Source: Vicinamibacteria bacterium
Lineage (GTDB): Bacteria > Acidobacteriota > Vicinamibacteria > Fen-336 > JAGNNV01
Assembly: GCA_031412915.1 (NCBI GenBank)
Contig: JANODX010000096.1
Span: 11,012-75,011, forward strand
Reading direction: 5' to 3'
DNA: 64,000 nucleotides
The position numbers were made by a program, and so were the translations under genes. How positions within the stretch are numbered: the stretch's first letter is position 1; each line of letters opens with the position of its first letter. The notes below the pieces were generated by a model. That model saw only the letters and a list, made by a program, of their open reading frames with translations. It searched no databases and was not told the origin of the DNA. This document shows positions 1 to 8,570 of the stretch, in pieces.

Positions 1-117
1 GCGGGCTCCTTCAGCGTGCCGTACTACATCGCGGCCGTGTTCGACGTCGTCTCGGCGGTCCTGGCCCTGTGGGTGCTGCGCCCCATCGTGCGGAAGAGGA
101 TCGCCGGGGAAGCCTAG
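1..117 (+). CDS. Partial CDS, 3' end only: hydrophobic C-terminus of a membrane protein (...[38 protein letters not shown]). Possibly a transporter serving the oxalate locus.
   Basis: Open frame from the window edge to TAG at 115-117. Hydrophobic TM-like segment followed by a basic tail. Lies immediately upstream of oxc. No start codon is inside the window, so it is absent from the ORF track. Confidence 0.3.
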   Translation, partial: AGSFSVPYYIAAVFDVVSAVLALWVLRPIVRKRIAGEA

Positions 118-179
118 GTAGACTCTCCGCCCCGCGACGGACGGACACCATCGTCGCCCCAAGACCAAGAAAGGACGCC

Positions 180-1940
180 ATGGGCCCGAACGAGCCTGAG
201 AATCCGACCGATGCGCCACCGGTTGACACGACCGACGGTTTTCACCTGGTCATCGATGCGCTGAAGCTCAACGGCATCGACACCATCTACGGCTTGCCCG
301 GCATTCCGATCACCGACCTGACGCGGAAGGCGCAGGCGGCCGGAATGCGCGTCATCTCGTTCCGCCACGAGCAGAACGCCGGCAACGCCGCCGCGATCGC
401 CGGCTTCATGACGCAGAAGCCCGGCATCTGCCTGACCGTGTCGGCGCCGGGGTTCCTCAACGGCCTGACCGCGGTCGCGAACGCCACCACCAATTGTTTC
501 CCGATGATCCTGATCAGCGGCTCCTCAGAGCGCGAGATCGTCGACCTGCAGCAGGGCGACTACGAGGAAATGGACCAGCTCGCGATCGCCAAGCCCCTGG
601 CCAAGGCGGCATTCCGCGTACTGCACGCCGAAGACATCGGGATAGGCATCGCGCGGGCGATCCGCGCTTCGGTTTCGGGGCGCCCCGGCGGCGTCTATCT
701 CGACCTGCCGGCAAGGCTTTTCGGCCAAATGATGGATGCGGCTTTGGGTAAGAGCTCGCTGATCAAGGTCGTCGACCCGGCACCCCGCCAGCTTCCCGCA
801 CCGGATGCGGTCCAGCGAGCACTCGACCTGCTGAAGAAGGCGAAGCGCCCCGTGATCGTGCTTGGCAAGGGCGCCGCCTACGCGCAGGCCGATGCGGACA
901 TCCGCGCCCTGGTCGAGCGCACCGGCATCCCATATCTGCCCATGTCGATGGCCAAGGGGCTGCTCCCGGACACCCACGAGCAGTCAGCCTCGGCGGCGCG
1001 CTCGTTCGTGCTGCCCGAAGCCGATGTGGTGATGGTCATCGGTGCGCGCCTCAACTGGCTGCTCGGTCACGGCAAGGGCAAGACGTGGGGCGGCAAGGGT
1101 TCCAAGGACTGGGGCGGCCAGAGGTTCATCCAGATCGACATCTCGCCCCAGGAAGCGGACAGCAACGTGCGCATCGAGGCGCCCCTGGTCGGCGACATCG
1201 GCTCGTGTGTTTCGGCCCTCCTCCAGGCAATCGATGCCACGGCGGGCGGCCGTTGGCCCAAACCTCCCGCCGAATGGACGAGTGCTATCGCCCTTCGAAA
1301 GAACAAGAACATCGCGAAGATGGCCGAAACACTTCTGAAGAATCCACAGCCGATGAATTTTCACAGCGCGCTCAACGTCGTGCGTGACATCGTCAAGGCC
1401 AATCCGGACGCGATCCTGGTCAACGAAGGGGCGAACGCGCTCGACTTCACGCGCAGCATCGTCGACATGTACAAGCCGCGCAAGCGCCTCGATGTCGGCA
1501 CCTGGGGCATCATGGGGATCGGGATGGGCTTCGCGGTGGCCGCGGCGGTGGTGAGCGGCGAGCCGGTGATCGCCATCGAAGGCGACAGCGCGTTCGGCTT
1601 CTCCGGGATGGAGGTGGAGACGATCTGCCGCTACAACCTGCCGGTCTGCGTCGTGGTCATGAACAACAACGGCGTCTACGGCGGCACCGACCAGAATCCC
1701 GCCGGCGGCCCTGACGTGGCGCCGACGGTATTCGTCAAGGGCGCGCGTTACGACAAGCTGATCGAGGCATTCGGCGGCAAGGGCGTCCAGGCCACGACGC
1801 CTCTCGAGTTGAAGAACGCGATGGAAGAAGCGATCCGCTCGCGGAAGCCGACCCTGATCAACGCGGTGATCGACGAAGCGGCCGGCACCGAGAGCGGCCG
1901 GATCACGAGCCTGAACCCGCAAAGCGCGAAGAAGGCCTGA
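180..1940 (+). CDS. oxc: Oxalyl-CoA decarboxylase (ThDP-dependent)
   Basis: Translation aligns along its length with Oxc/YfdU: N-terminal block [29 protein letters not shown]...[35 protein letters not shown]; ThDP motif [21 protein letters not shown]; C-terminal [13 protein letters not shown]. Start chosen at the ATG at 180 (MGPNEP...); the ORF-track start at 69 is an upstream extension. Confidence 0.9.
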   Translation: MGPNEPENPTDAPPVDTTDGFHLVIDALKLNGIDTIYGLPGIPITDLTRKAQAAGMRVISFRHEQNAGNAAAIAGFMTQKPGICLTVSAPGFLNGLTAVANATTNCFPMILISGSSEREIVDLQQGDYEEMDQLAIAKPLAKAAFRVLHAEDIGIGIARAIRASVSGRPGGVYLDLPARLFGQMMDAALGKSSLIKVVDPAPRQLPAPDAVQRALDLLKKAKRPVIVLGKGAAYAQADADIRALVERTGIPYLPMSMAKGLLPDTHEQSASAARSFVLPEADVVMVIGARLNWLLGHGKGKTWGGKGSKDWGGQRFIQIDISPQEADSNVRIEAPLVGDIGSCVSALLQAIDATAGGRWPKPPAEWTSAIALRKNKNIAKMAETLLKNPQPMNFHSALNVVRDIVKANPDAILVNEGANALDFTRSIVDMYKPRKRLDVGTWGIMGIGMGFAVAAAVVSGEPVIAIEGDSAFGFSGMEVETICRYNLPVCVVVMNNNGVYGGTDQNPAGGPDVAPTVFVKGARYDKLIEAFGGKGVQATTPLELKNAMEEAIRSRKPTLINAVIDEAAGTESGRITSLNPQSAKKA

Positions 1941-1970
1941 CCCTCGACCACGCACCACAGGAGATCTCTG

Positions 1971-3242
1971 ATGGAAGCACTGAAGGACGTACGAGTCCTC
2001 GACATGACCCATGTGCAGGCGGGCCCGACCTGCTCGCAGCTGCTCGCCTGGATGGGCGCCGACGTGATCAAGTTCGAGCCCCCGCACGGCGACGCTACCC
2101 GCGGACAGTTGCGCGATGTGCCGGGTGCTGACAGTCTGTACTTCACCATGCTGAACTGCAACAAGCGCTCCATCACCGTGAACATGAAGACGGCCGAGGG
2201 CCGGGCGGTGTTCGTGGACCTGATCAAGACCTGCGACATCATCATGGAGAACTTCGGCCCCGGCGTGCTCGACCGGTTGGGCTTCCCCTGGGACAAGGTT
2301 CACGAGATCAACCCGCGCATCGTGATGGGCTCGATCAAGGGCTTCGGTTCGACCGGCCCCTATGCGGACTTCAAGGCCTATGAAAACGTCGCGCAGGCCA
2401 TGGGCGGGGCCATGAGCACCACCGGCGTGCCCGAGGGCGCTCCCTTCGTGACTGGCGCGCAGATTGGCGACTCCGGCACCGGGCTCCACCTGGCCGTCGG
2501 CCTGCTGGCCGCGCTGCATCAGGCGCGGCGCAGCGGAGAGGGCCAGTATGTCGAAGTGGCGATGATGGATGGGGTCATGAACCTGTGCCGGGTGAAGTTC
2601 CGAGATCATCAGCGGCTCACCCGTCAGGCGCTTTCCGAGTATTCGGTGCCGACCTACACGGGCATGGGCGAAGTCCCGCGTGCCGGCAACGATTCCGGCG
2701 GCGGCCAGCTCGGCAACGCCATCCACTGCAAACCGCACGGCGCCAACGACTGGCTGTACGTGGTGGTCCAGGAGGCGGTGTGGGACGCTCTGGCCCGGCG
2801 CATCGGGCCGGATGTGCATATGCCTGACCTCGTCAACGATCCGCGGCTGCACGCGATCGGCGAGCGCCGGAAGAACCAGGCACTGCTGTGGACCCTGCTC
2901 ACCAAGTTCGCCGAGAACTACACCAAGCGCGAACTCATGGCCGTGCTGAACGACATCGATGTCCCGTGCGGCCCCATCATGTCGACCGAGGATCTGGCCA
3001 CCGACGAGCACATCCGCGGCCGGCAGATGTATGTCGAACTCGACCACCCGCAACGGGGCGCCTGGTACAACGTGGGCATGCCGATCAAGCTGTCGGCCTC
3101 GCCCGCGAAGATCAAGCGTTCACCCCTGCTGGGCGAGCATACGGATGAGGTGCTCAGGGACGTCCTCGGGTATGACGAGGCGAAGGTCGGCGCGCTGAAG
3201 GCGGCGGGTGCTTTCTCCAATCCTCCAAAGTCCAAGGCTTGA
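1971..3242 (+). CDS. frc: Formyl-CoA:oxalate CoA-transferase (family III CoA-transferase)
   Basis: 423 aa. Strong similarity to Frc/YfdW throughout (VLDMTHVQAGPTCSQLLAWMGADVIKFE..., YFTMLNCNKRSITVNMKT, AYENVAQAMGGAMSTTG, GQLGNAIHC). Lies 30 nt downstream of oxc. Confidence 0.92.
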   Translation: MEALKDVRVLDMTHVQAGPTCSQLLAWMGADVIKFEPPHGDATRGQLRDVPGADSLYFTMLNCNKRSITVNMKTAEGRAVFVDLIKTCDIIMENFGPGVLDRLGFPWDKVHEINPRIVMGSIKGFGSTGPYADFKAYENVAQAMGGAMSTTGVPEGAPFVTGAQIGDSGTGLHLAVGLLAALHQARRSGEGQYVEVAMMDGVMNLCRVKFRDHQRLTRQALSEYSVPTYTGMGEVPRAGNDSGGGQLGNAIHCKPHGANDWLYVVVQEAVWDALARRIGPDVHMPDLVNDPRLHAIGERRKNQALLWTLLTKFAENYTKRELMAVLNDIDVPCGPIMSTEDLATDEHIRGRQMYVELDHPQRGAWYNVGMPIKLSASPAKIKRSPLLGEHTDEVLRDVLGYDEAKVGALKAAGAFSNPPKSKA

Positions 3243-3261
3243 AACTCCAGAGAGACTCGAC

Positions 3262-4182
3262 ATGAAGATCGCCATCATCGGCCAGCAGGACTTCGGCAAG
3301 GCGGTGCTGGAGGCGTTCCTCAAGCGCGGGGACACGGTCACTGCCGTCTTCTGCGCGCCCGAGAAAGAAGGCGCCAGGCCCGATTCGCTGCGCGTGGCCG
3401 CGCAGGAAGCCGGACTCACGCTCCATCAGTTCAAGTCGCTGCGCGCGCCCGAGGCGGCGGCGGCGATGCGGGACGCGGACGCCGAAATCGGCATCATGGC
3501 CTTCGTCCTGCAGTTCGCGCCGCCGGAGTTCGTGGCCCTCCCGAAGCACGGCACCATCCAGTTCCATCCGTCCCTGCTGCCGAAATACCGCGGGCCTTCA
3601 TCGATCAACTGGCCGATCACGATGGGCGAAACCGAGACCGGCCTGACCATATTCCGCCCGACCGATGGTCTGGACGAGGGCGCCATCATCCTGCAGGTGC
3701 GGACGCCGGTAGGCGAGGATGACACTCTGGGCACCGTGTACTTCAATCGGCTGTTCGGCATGGGCGTCACCGCGATGATCGAGGCCGCCGATCTGGTGGT
3801 TTTGGGGAAGCACCAGGAAGTCATCCAGGACGAGGAACAGGCCTCCTACGAAGGCTGGTTCCGCGAAGCCGAAGCGAAGGTCAACTGGGCCAATCACGCC
3901 CGCGCGATCCACAACCTGATCCGGGGGTGCGACCCCGCCCCGGGTGCCTGGACCACGCTTTCCGGCGTGAAGCTGCAGCTCTTCGACAGCAGGAGAGAAC
4001 TCGTGCGCACGTTCGGCGCGGTCAAGGGCAAGATCGGAGAGGTCGTCGAGGTCGGCGGCGGCAAGATGGTCATCGCCGCGCAGGGCGGCCGGATCCATGT
4101 CGGCAAGGCCAAGCTGGGCGACGGCAAGAAGGTCGCCGCGGATGCGGCGGGTGTTCCGGTGGGAACCATCCTCGGCACTTGA
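3262..4182 (+). CDS. Formyltransferase-family protein (Fmt-like, N- and C-terminal formyl-transferase domains)
   Basis: MKIAIIGQQDFGKAVLEAFLKRG...FHPSLLPKYRGPSSINWPI fits the formyl_trans_N fold with its HxSLLP(K/R)xRG signature. The C-terminal region resembles the Fmt C-terminal domain. Start chosen at the ATG at 3262 (RBS-like gagagactcga upstream). Confidence 0.7.
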   Translation: MKIAIIGQQDFGKAVLEAFLKRGDTVTAVFCAPEKEGARPDSLRVAAQEAGLTLHQFKSLRAPEAAAAMRDADAEIGIMAFVLQFAPPEFVALPKHGTIQFHPSLLPKYRGPSSINWPITMGETETGLTIFRPTDGLDEGAIILQVRTPVGEDDTLGTVYFNRLFGMGVTAMIEAADLVVLGKHQEVIQDEEQASYEGWFREAEAKVNWANHARAIHNLIRGCDPAPGAWTTLSGVKLQLFDSRRELVRTFGAVKGKIGEVVEVGGGKMVIAAQGGRIHVGKAKLGDGKKVAADAAGVPVGTILGT

Positions 4183-4222
4183 GACGCGGGGGGGCGGGGG
4201 CAGCGGCCCGAGGCGGAGGGCG

Positions 4223-5143
4223 CTACTTGATGTCTTTCAGTTGCTCGATGACCGTCCTGGCCTTTTCGGCGTACTGGCCCGCGGGGTCGATTTCCAGGGC
4301 CCTGTGCATGTCGGCCCTGGCTTCCGGGAGCCGGTTTTCCCGCACGTACGACATGCCCCGCCAATAGTAGGCGTCGCCCATCTTGTCATTCTTGGCGATG
4401 GCCTTCGTGAAGTAGGCGATGGCGTTCAGCATGTCGGAGTTGCGGAGGAAGGCGATGGCCACGTTGAAATAGCCGTCGGAGTTCTTTACGGCCGCGTCGT
4501 CGATGCCGCCCAGAAGCTCCATCGCCTTCTCGGTGAAGCCGGCGTCGAGTGCCGTCTGCGCGGCCGCGAACCGGAGTTCCATCCGCCCAGGGTCACCGGC
4601 CATGGACTTCTCCAGGTATTCGATCGCCTTGGCGTTGTTCTTTTCACCGGCATAGGTCCGGGCCAGCCTGGGGAAGACTTGCGGGCCGAGTTCCGGCTGG
4701 ATGGCGAGGACCTTCTCGTAGCTCTCCCGAGCAAGGGCCCAATTCCCGGCCGCGAACGCCTCGTCGCCGGCCTTCACCGCGGCCAGAAGCTCCGGAGGCG
4801 GGCCGGTCAGCTTGTCGAGGGTGACATTCACCGGCGGCTGGCGCACCTCCTGGCTTGCCATGTTCACCGGGACGGCCTGCCCGGCGAAGCCCTTGGCGCT
4901 CACTTCGATCTTCCAGTTGCACACGGTAAGACCCAGATAGGACCAGTTGCCCTTCTTGTCGGTCGTGACCGTGGGCCCGCCGCCCTTGGTGGCGCATTCG
5001 AGCTTCACGGTCGCGTCCGGGATGGGCTTTCCGTCGGCATCGACTACCTTGCCGGCCAGGCGACCGATTCCCTTCCAGTCCTGGGCCGGAAGGGGCGTGG
5101 CCAGAGCGACGGCGGCAACCGCGACAAGAAATCGCTGTTTCAT
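4223..5143 (-). CDS. Secreted TPR-repeat protein with an N-terminal carboxypeptidase-regulatory-like (Ig-like) domain
   Basis: Start at MKQRFLVAVAAVALATPLPAQD (signal peptide). Ig-like segment GKVVDADGKPIPDATVKLE...KGNWSY, then TPR-like helical repeats (AYFTKAIAKNDKMGDAYYWRGMSY...). Confidence 0.65.
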   Translation of the reverse strand: MKQRFLVAVAAVALATPLPAQDWKGIGRLAGKVVDADGKPIPDATVKLECATKGGGPTVTTDKKGNWSYLGLTVCNWKIEVSAKGFAGQAVPVNMASQEVRQPPVNVTLDKLTGPPPELLAAVKAGDEAFAAGNWALARESYEKVLAIQPELGPQVFPRLARTYAGEKNNAKAIEYLEKSMAGDPGRMELRFAAAQTALDAGFTEKAMELLGGIDDAAVKNSDGYFNVAIAFLRNSDMLNAIAYFTKAIAKNDKMGDAYYWRGMSYVRENRLPEARADMHRALEIDPAGQYAEKARTVIEQLKDIK

Positions 5144-5197
5144 GCAAACGATTCTAGCCATGAAACCGCGGGGGGGCTCCTGCCTCCTGAACAACCC

Positions 5198-5221
5198 GGG
5201 CCGCGGCTTCGGCCGCGGCCC
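5198..5221 (-). terminator. Perfect GC-rich hairpin (GGGCCGCGGC-TTCG-GCCGCGGCCC) between the TonB-like gene end and the TPR gene start
   Basis: Seen directly: 10-bp stem with a 4-nt loop. No clear U-tract, so it may be a terminator/attenuator or an mRNA-stabilising stem-loop. Confidence 0.3.
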
Positions 5222-5246
5222 GAGAGGGTTCATTCTCCGCCTGGAT

Positions 5247-8192
5247 CTAGAAGTGGAGGATCAGCCCGAGCTGCGCGGCTCGCGGCGTCTGCGGATTCGT
5301 ATACGTCAGATAGCTCGCCGGGTTGTACACCCGGTTCGGGCCGGTGCGCGAGTATTCAGTGTAGTTGCCGGCATTGAGGGCGTTGTAGACGTCGAGAGAC
5401 GTCTCGATGTAGCGGCCATGACCCAGATTTATTCGCTTGCCGAGCTTGAGGCCGAGCGTGTGGACGTCGGGCGCCCGGACCTGGCCGTCCGCCCGGGTCG
5501 CACCCTGGAAGCGAATGCGGGTGGACAGAGGATTCGGCTGACTCACGCCGGTGGACGACCGTACCGTTCCCGGGCCGAAACGCGTCACTTCCGGGTCGGC
5601 GGCCGCAAGCTGAACGAGGGGCGGGCCCTGCCAGGTTCCCGCGATGATGGTGTAGGTGCCCGCCACCACGATGCCCTTGGGCGCGTTCCAGGTCCCCGCG
5701 ACGCGGATGGAGTACGGATTCCACATGGGGTTGTTGGTCAGCGCTCCCCCGGTGGTCAGGCTGTCGTGATCCTGCACACCGTCGGTTCGCCAGATCAGCC
5801 TGTCGTTTGCGTAGGCGCCGGGCGAGATGAACCTCGCCGGGTCGGTGGGATTCCATGTCCCCGTGAGCTTCGCCCACTGGCGGTGGAGCGCCATCATGGC
5901 CTGGAAGCCGTGGGTCATGTTCTTGGTCAGGGTCATCTGAAGAGCCTTGTAGTGCGTGCTGGACCAGGAGTTGTTGGTCAATCGGTAGATGCGTCCCGCG
6001 TTCGGGTCCACTCTGCCGAAGCCGCCGAAGGGCTGGCCGGCCTCGCTCGGGTAGATCCCGTTGATGTCAACCTGCGCGTACTGCCGATGGTTGTTCTTGA
6101 TGATCCCGGCCACGTCGACCGCGACCTGTCCCGCGAACTGCTTCCGGAAGCCGAGGGTGAATTCGTCGAAGTACGGCTGCCGAAGGTCGCGGTCGAACTG
6201 TAGAGCGGCGGCGGCGGCAGTCCGCGCCGGGGTCAGGAAAACAGTCTCGAAGATGCCGTCGCCGTTCCGGTCGTACTCGTCGCGCAGCCCTGAAGTGTCA
6301 TTGCCGCCGAACGAGGGAACCGGATGGCGGGTCCCCATCAGTTGCTGGTGGATGCGCACATAGCCGCCGCGCAGGACGTTGTGAGCGTCCTCGGTCAGGA
6401 CATACGAGAAGCCGAAGCGTGGCGCCACTTCGGTACTCTGCTGTCGCACCAGGTTGCGAAGCACGTCGTAGCGTTTGACGAAGTCGACGCGCAGGCCGTA
6501 GGTCGCGGTTAAGCGGTCGGTCGGCCTCCACGTGTCCTGCACGTATATGCCCACGTCGCGATCCTTGCCCGACTGGTCGATCTTTTCTAGTCCGCCGGTG
6601 ACGTACTGCCGGTGGAAGGGCACCGCATTCGCGGACGATATGACGTTCGGACTGGCCATCCTGAGCTCCTCGAGGACGAAGCCTTTGTTCAAGTAGTTGA
6701 TCTTCTTCTCGTAGAGGTTGCGAGGCATGGCCAGGAATCCGGTCTTGAACTCGTGCGAGCCGGCCCAGCCTTCCTTGAACCAGGTCAGATCGCCACGCAC
6801 CATCAGGATCGAAGAGGTATCCAGGTCGAAACACGCCGAGCAGGCGGTCGAAGCCCAGTTGCCACCCTGGCCGAGGAGACCGGATCCAAGCATGATTCCG
6901 CCATTCGGGGCGGCCGAGAGGTGGTAATTGAATTCCGGGACCCCGCGGTCTCCACCGTCATAGGAATCCTGGCTGTTGCCGCCCTTGGTGTTGTAGCTGG
7001 CGGTCAAGGTCGTGGTTACGCCCGTGCCGAACACCGAGGTGAGCCTTGCCCCGTACATCGGACCGCCCGTGGACAATACCTCGATCTGCTCGTAGTCCTC
7101 GGCGCCGATGACATTCAGCTTGAGACGGTCGGCCTGATAGATGAGAGCCAGGTTGTTGCTGCTGTTCAGCTTCGCCGTCACCTTCGCCCAGGGCTGGAAG
7201 CCCTGCAGAGTATTACCGGAAGCGGCGCCGCCGGGAACCAGCTGGTTGAGGGTGGACACCAGTGCCGGGGTACGGCCGGTGCCGCTGAAGTTGTCCGAGT
7301 ATCGGGCGGCGATGAAAAAGTCGATCTTGTCCTTCTGGATGGGTCCACCGATCGAGAAGTCATACTGGTGAACCTGCCGGGTGGCGGCGCTGCCGGTGCC
7401 CACGTTGTTGGCGTTCCACGAGTTCGGCTGCCAGTTGACGCCCGCCGAACCCCTGTACACGTTGCCGCCGGTCTTGCTGACCATATTGATGACGAGCCCG
7501 TAGCCCATGGGCGAGGCGGCATCGACACCACCGGTCTTGACCTCGGTGTCCTGAATGGCTTCCGAGCTGAGGCCGACGCGGTTGATGTTGAAGTCGTTGT
7601 AGTTGCCCGCGTACATCCCTTCCATGAGGGTCACGGCGTCCCGGTGCTCGACCGCGTTTCCGAAATAGTTCTGCCGGCCGCTGCCGTCGTTGTGGGGTCG
7701 CGAGACCACCCCCGGCGTCATCATCAGGAAGTCGCTCCAGTAGTGGCCCTCGATAACCGGCATGGCCTTCTGGAATTCCGCGTCGATGTTCAAGACGTTG
7801 CTGGGGCGCGAGATCTCGAGCATGGGCGAGGAGCTCTCGACCACGATCTCTTCGGAGGCGCCGCCGAGCTTCATCTCGATGTCGACCTGGAAGTTGGCGC
7901 CCGTCCGCAACAGGATGCCGTCCCGCCGATACGTGGCGAATCCCGCGATCTCGGCTCGGAGGGAATAGGTGCCGGGTGGCAGGTTGATGAGCCTGTAATT
8001 GCCGGCCTTGTCGCTGACCGCCGAGATCCCACCCATGAGACCGGGACTGGTGGCGGTGACGGTCACGCCGGGCATCGCTCCACCCTGCTGGTCCTTCACC
8101 TCACCCCGCAGGCTGCCGTCGCCCTGGGCGGCGACTTGCGTCACCGTCGAAAGAGTAATCAGAAGAAAGGCACTGGCAATGATTTTTCGCAT
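5247..8192 (-). CDS. Outer-membrane TonB-dependent-receptor-like protein with an N-terminal carboxypeptidase-regulatory-like domain
   Basis: 981 aa. Signal peptide MRKIIASAFLLITLSTVTQVAAQ. N-terminal domain GEVKDQQGGAMPGVTVTATSPG...KAGNYRL. Long beta-rich sequence ending in the C-terminal aromatic ...GLILHF typical of OM beta-barrels. Confidence 0.85.
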   Translation of the reverse strand: MRKIIASAFLLITLSTVTQVAAQGDGSLRGEVKDQQGGAMPGVTVTATSPGLMGGISAVSDKAGNYRLINLPPGTYSLRAEIAGFATYRRDGILLRTGANFQVDIEMKLGGASEEIVVESSSPMLEISRPSNVLNIDAEFQKAMPVIEGHYWSDFLMMTPGVVSRPHNDGSGRQNYFGNAVEHRDAVTLMEGMYAGNYNDFNINRVGLSSEAIQDTEVKTGGVDAASPMGYGLVINMVSKTGGNVYRGSAGVNWQPNSWNANNVGTGSAATRQVHQYDFSIGGPIQKDKIDFFIAARYSDNFSGTGRTPALVSTLNQLVPGGAASGNTLQGFQPWAKVTAKLNSSNNLALIYQADRLKLNVIGAEDYEQIEVLSTGGPMYGARLTSVFGTGVTTTLTASYNTKGGNSQDSYDGGDRGVPEFNYHLSAAPNGGIMLGSGLLGQGGNWASTACSACFDLDTSSILMVRGDLTWFKEGWAGSHEFKTGFLAMPRNLYEKKINYLNKGFVLEELRMASPNVISSANAVPFHRQYVTGGLEKIDQSGKDRDVGIYVQDTWRPTDRLTATYGLRVDFVKRYDVLRNLVRQQSTEVAPRFGFSYVLTEDAHNVLRGGYVRIHQQLMGTRHPVPSFGGNDTSGLRDEYDRNGDGIFETVFLTPARTAAAAALQFDRDLRQPYFDEFTLGFRKQFAGQVAVDVAGIIKNNHRQYAQVDINGIYPSEAGQPFGGFGRVDPNAGRIYRLTNNSWSSTHYKALQMTLTKNMTHGFQAMMALHRQWAKLTGTWNPTDPARFISPGAYANDRLIWRTDGVQDHDSLTTGGALTNNPMWNPYSIRVAGTWNAPKGIVVAGTYTIIAGTWQGPPLVQLAAADPEVTRFGPGTVRSSTGVSQPNPLSTRIRFQGATRADGQVRAPDVHTLGLKLGKRINLGHGRYIETSLDVYNALNAGNYTEYSRTGPNRVYNPASYLTYTNPQTPRAAQLGLILHF

Positions 8193-8505
8193 CGTCGGGC
8201 TCCTAAAATCGCAGCATCTGGAAAAGAAATTGAGTGCGGTCTGGGTTCGAGTGAAACTCCGTGGCTACCAAAGGGAGAGGCGCACGGCGCGGCGCGCCGC
8301 CGACTTTCCCTGCTTTTAGTAGTCTGTTAGCAAAGCCACGTCCTTCTGTCAAGAGAGGCTCACCCGAACCTTGAGAGTTTCTGGCCCGACCCGCTCCAGC
8401 CTGGTTGATCAGAACCTGGCCCGGAGGCCGAGGTCCTGGGTGGGGGGCTTGAACGGCAAGAAAGAGCCCCGAGCCATCGGTGCGACGGCCCCCGGGGGGA
8501 AGAAA

Positions 8506-8531
8506 GGCGCTCCCGGGTCAGCGGGAGCGCC
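8506..8531 (-). terminator. Hairpin GGCGCTCCCG-ggtca-GCGGGAGCGCC about 40 nt downstream of the stop of the second TonB-like gene
   Basis: Perfect 10-bp inverted repeat seen in the sequence. On the minus strand it is followed by a C/T-rich stretch (ctttcttcccccc). Confidence 0.35.
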
Positions 8532-8570
8532 CCAAGGAAACTCGCAGCCAGGCGAGTGGTTGCGACCGGA

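Noticed and set aside
984-3053. Long antisense and alternate-frame ORFs in the six-frame track: 984-3053 (minus, 689 aa, antisense to oxc/frc); 6612-8330; 9330-11723; 10849-13044; 18169-20064; the upstream parts of 26092-31302, 31588-34269 and 33723-37121; 53355-55316; 59930-61789; 61984-63834.
   Set aside because: Each overlaps a strongly supported gene in another frame or strand. Their translations are Arg/Gly/Pro/Ala-rich low-complexity strings typical of off-frame reading in about 68% GC DNA, and none has a recognisable motif. For 26092-31302, 31588-34269 and 33723-37121 only the downstream portions, with signal peptides and proper starts, were kept.
8193-8570. tRNA or small RNA in the 378-nt spacer between the two TonB-like genes
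   Set aside because: No cloverleaf-compatible segment with a conserved T-arm (GTTC) in the correct arrangement was seen by eye. Only the terminator-like hairpin at 8506-8531 was kept.
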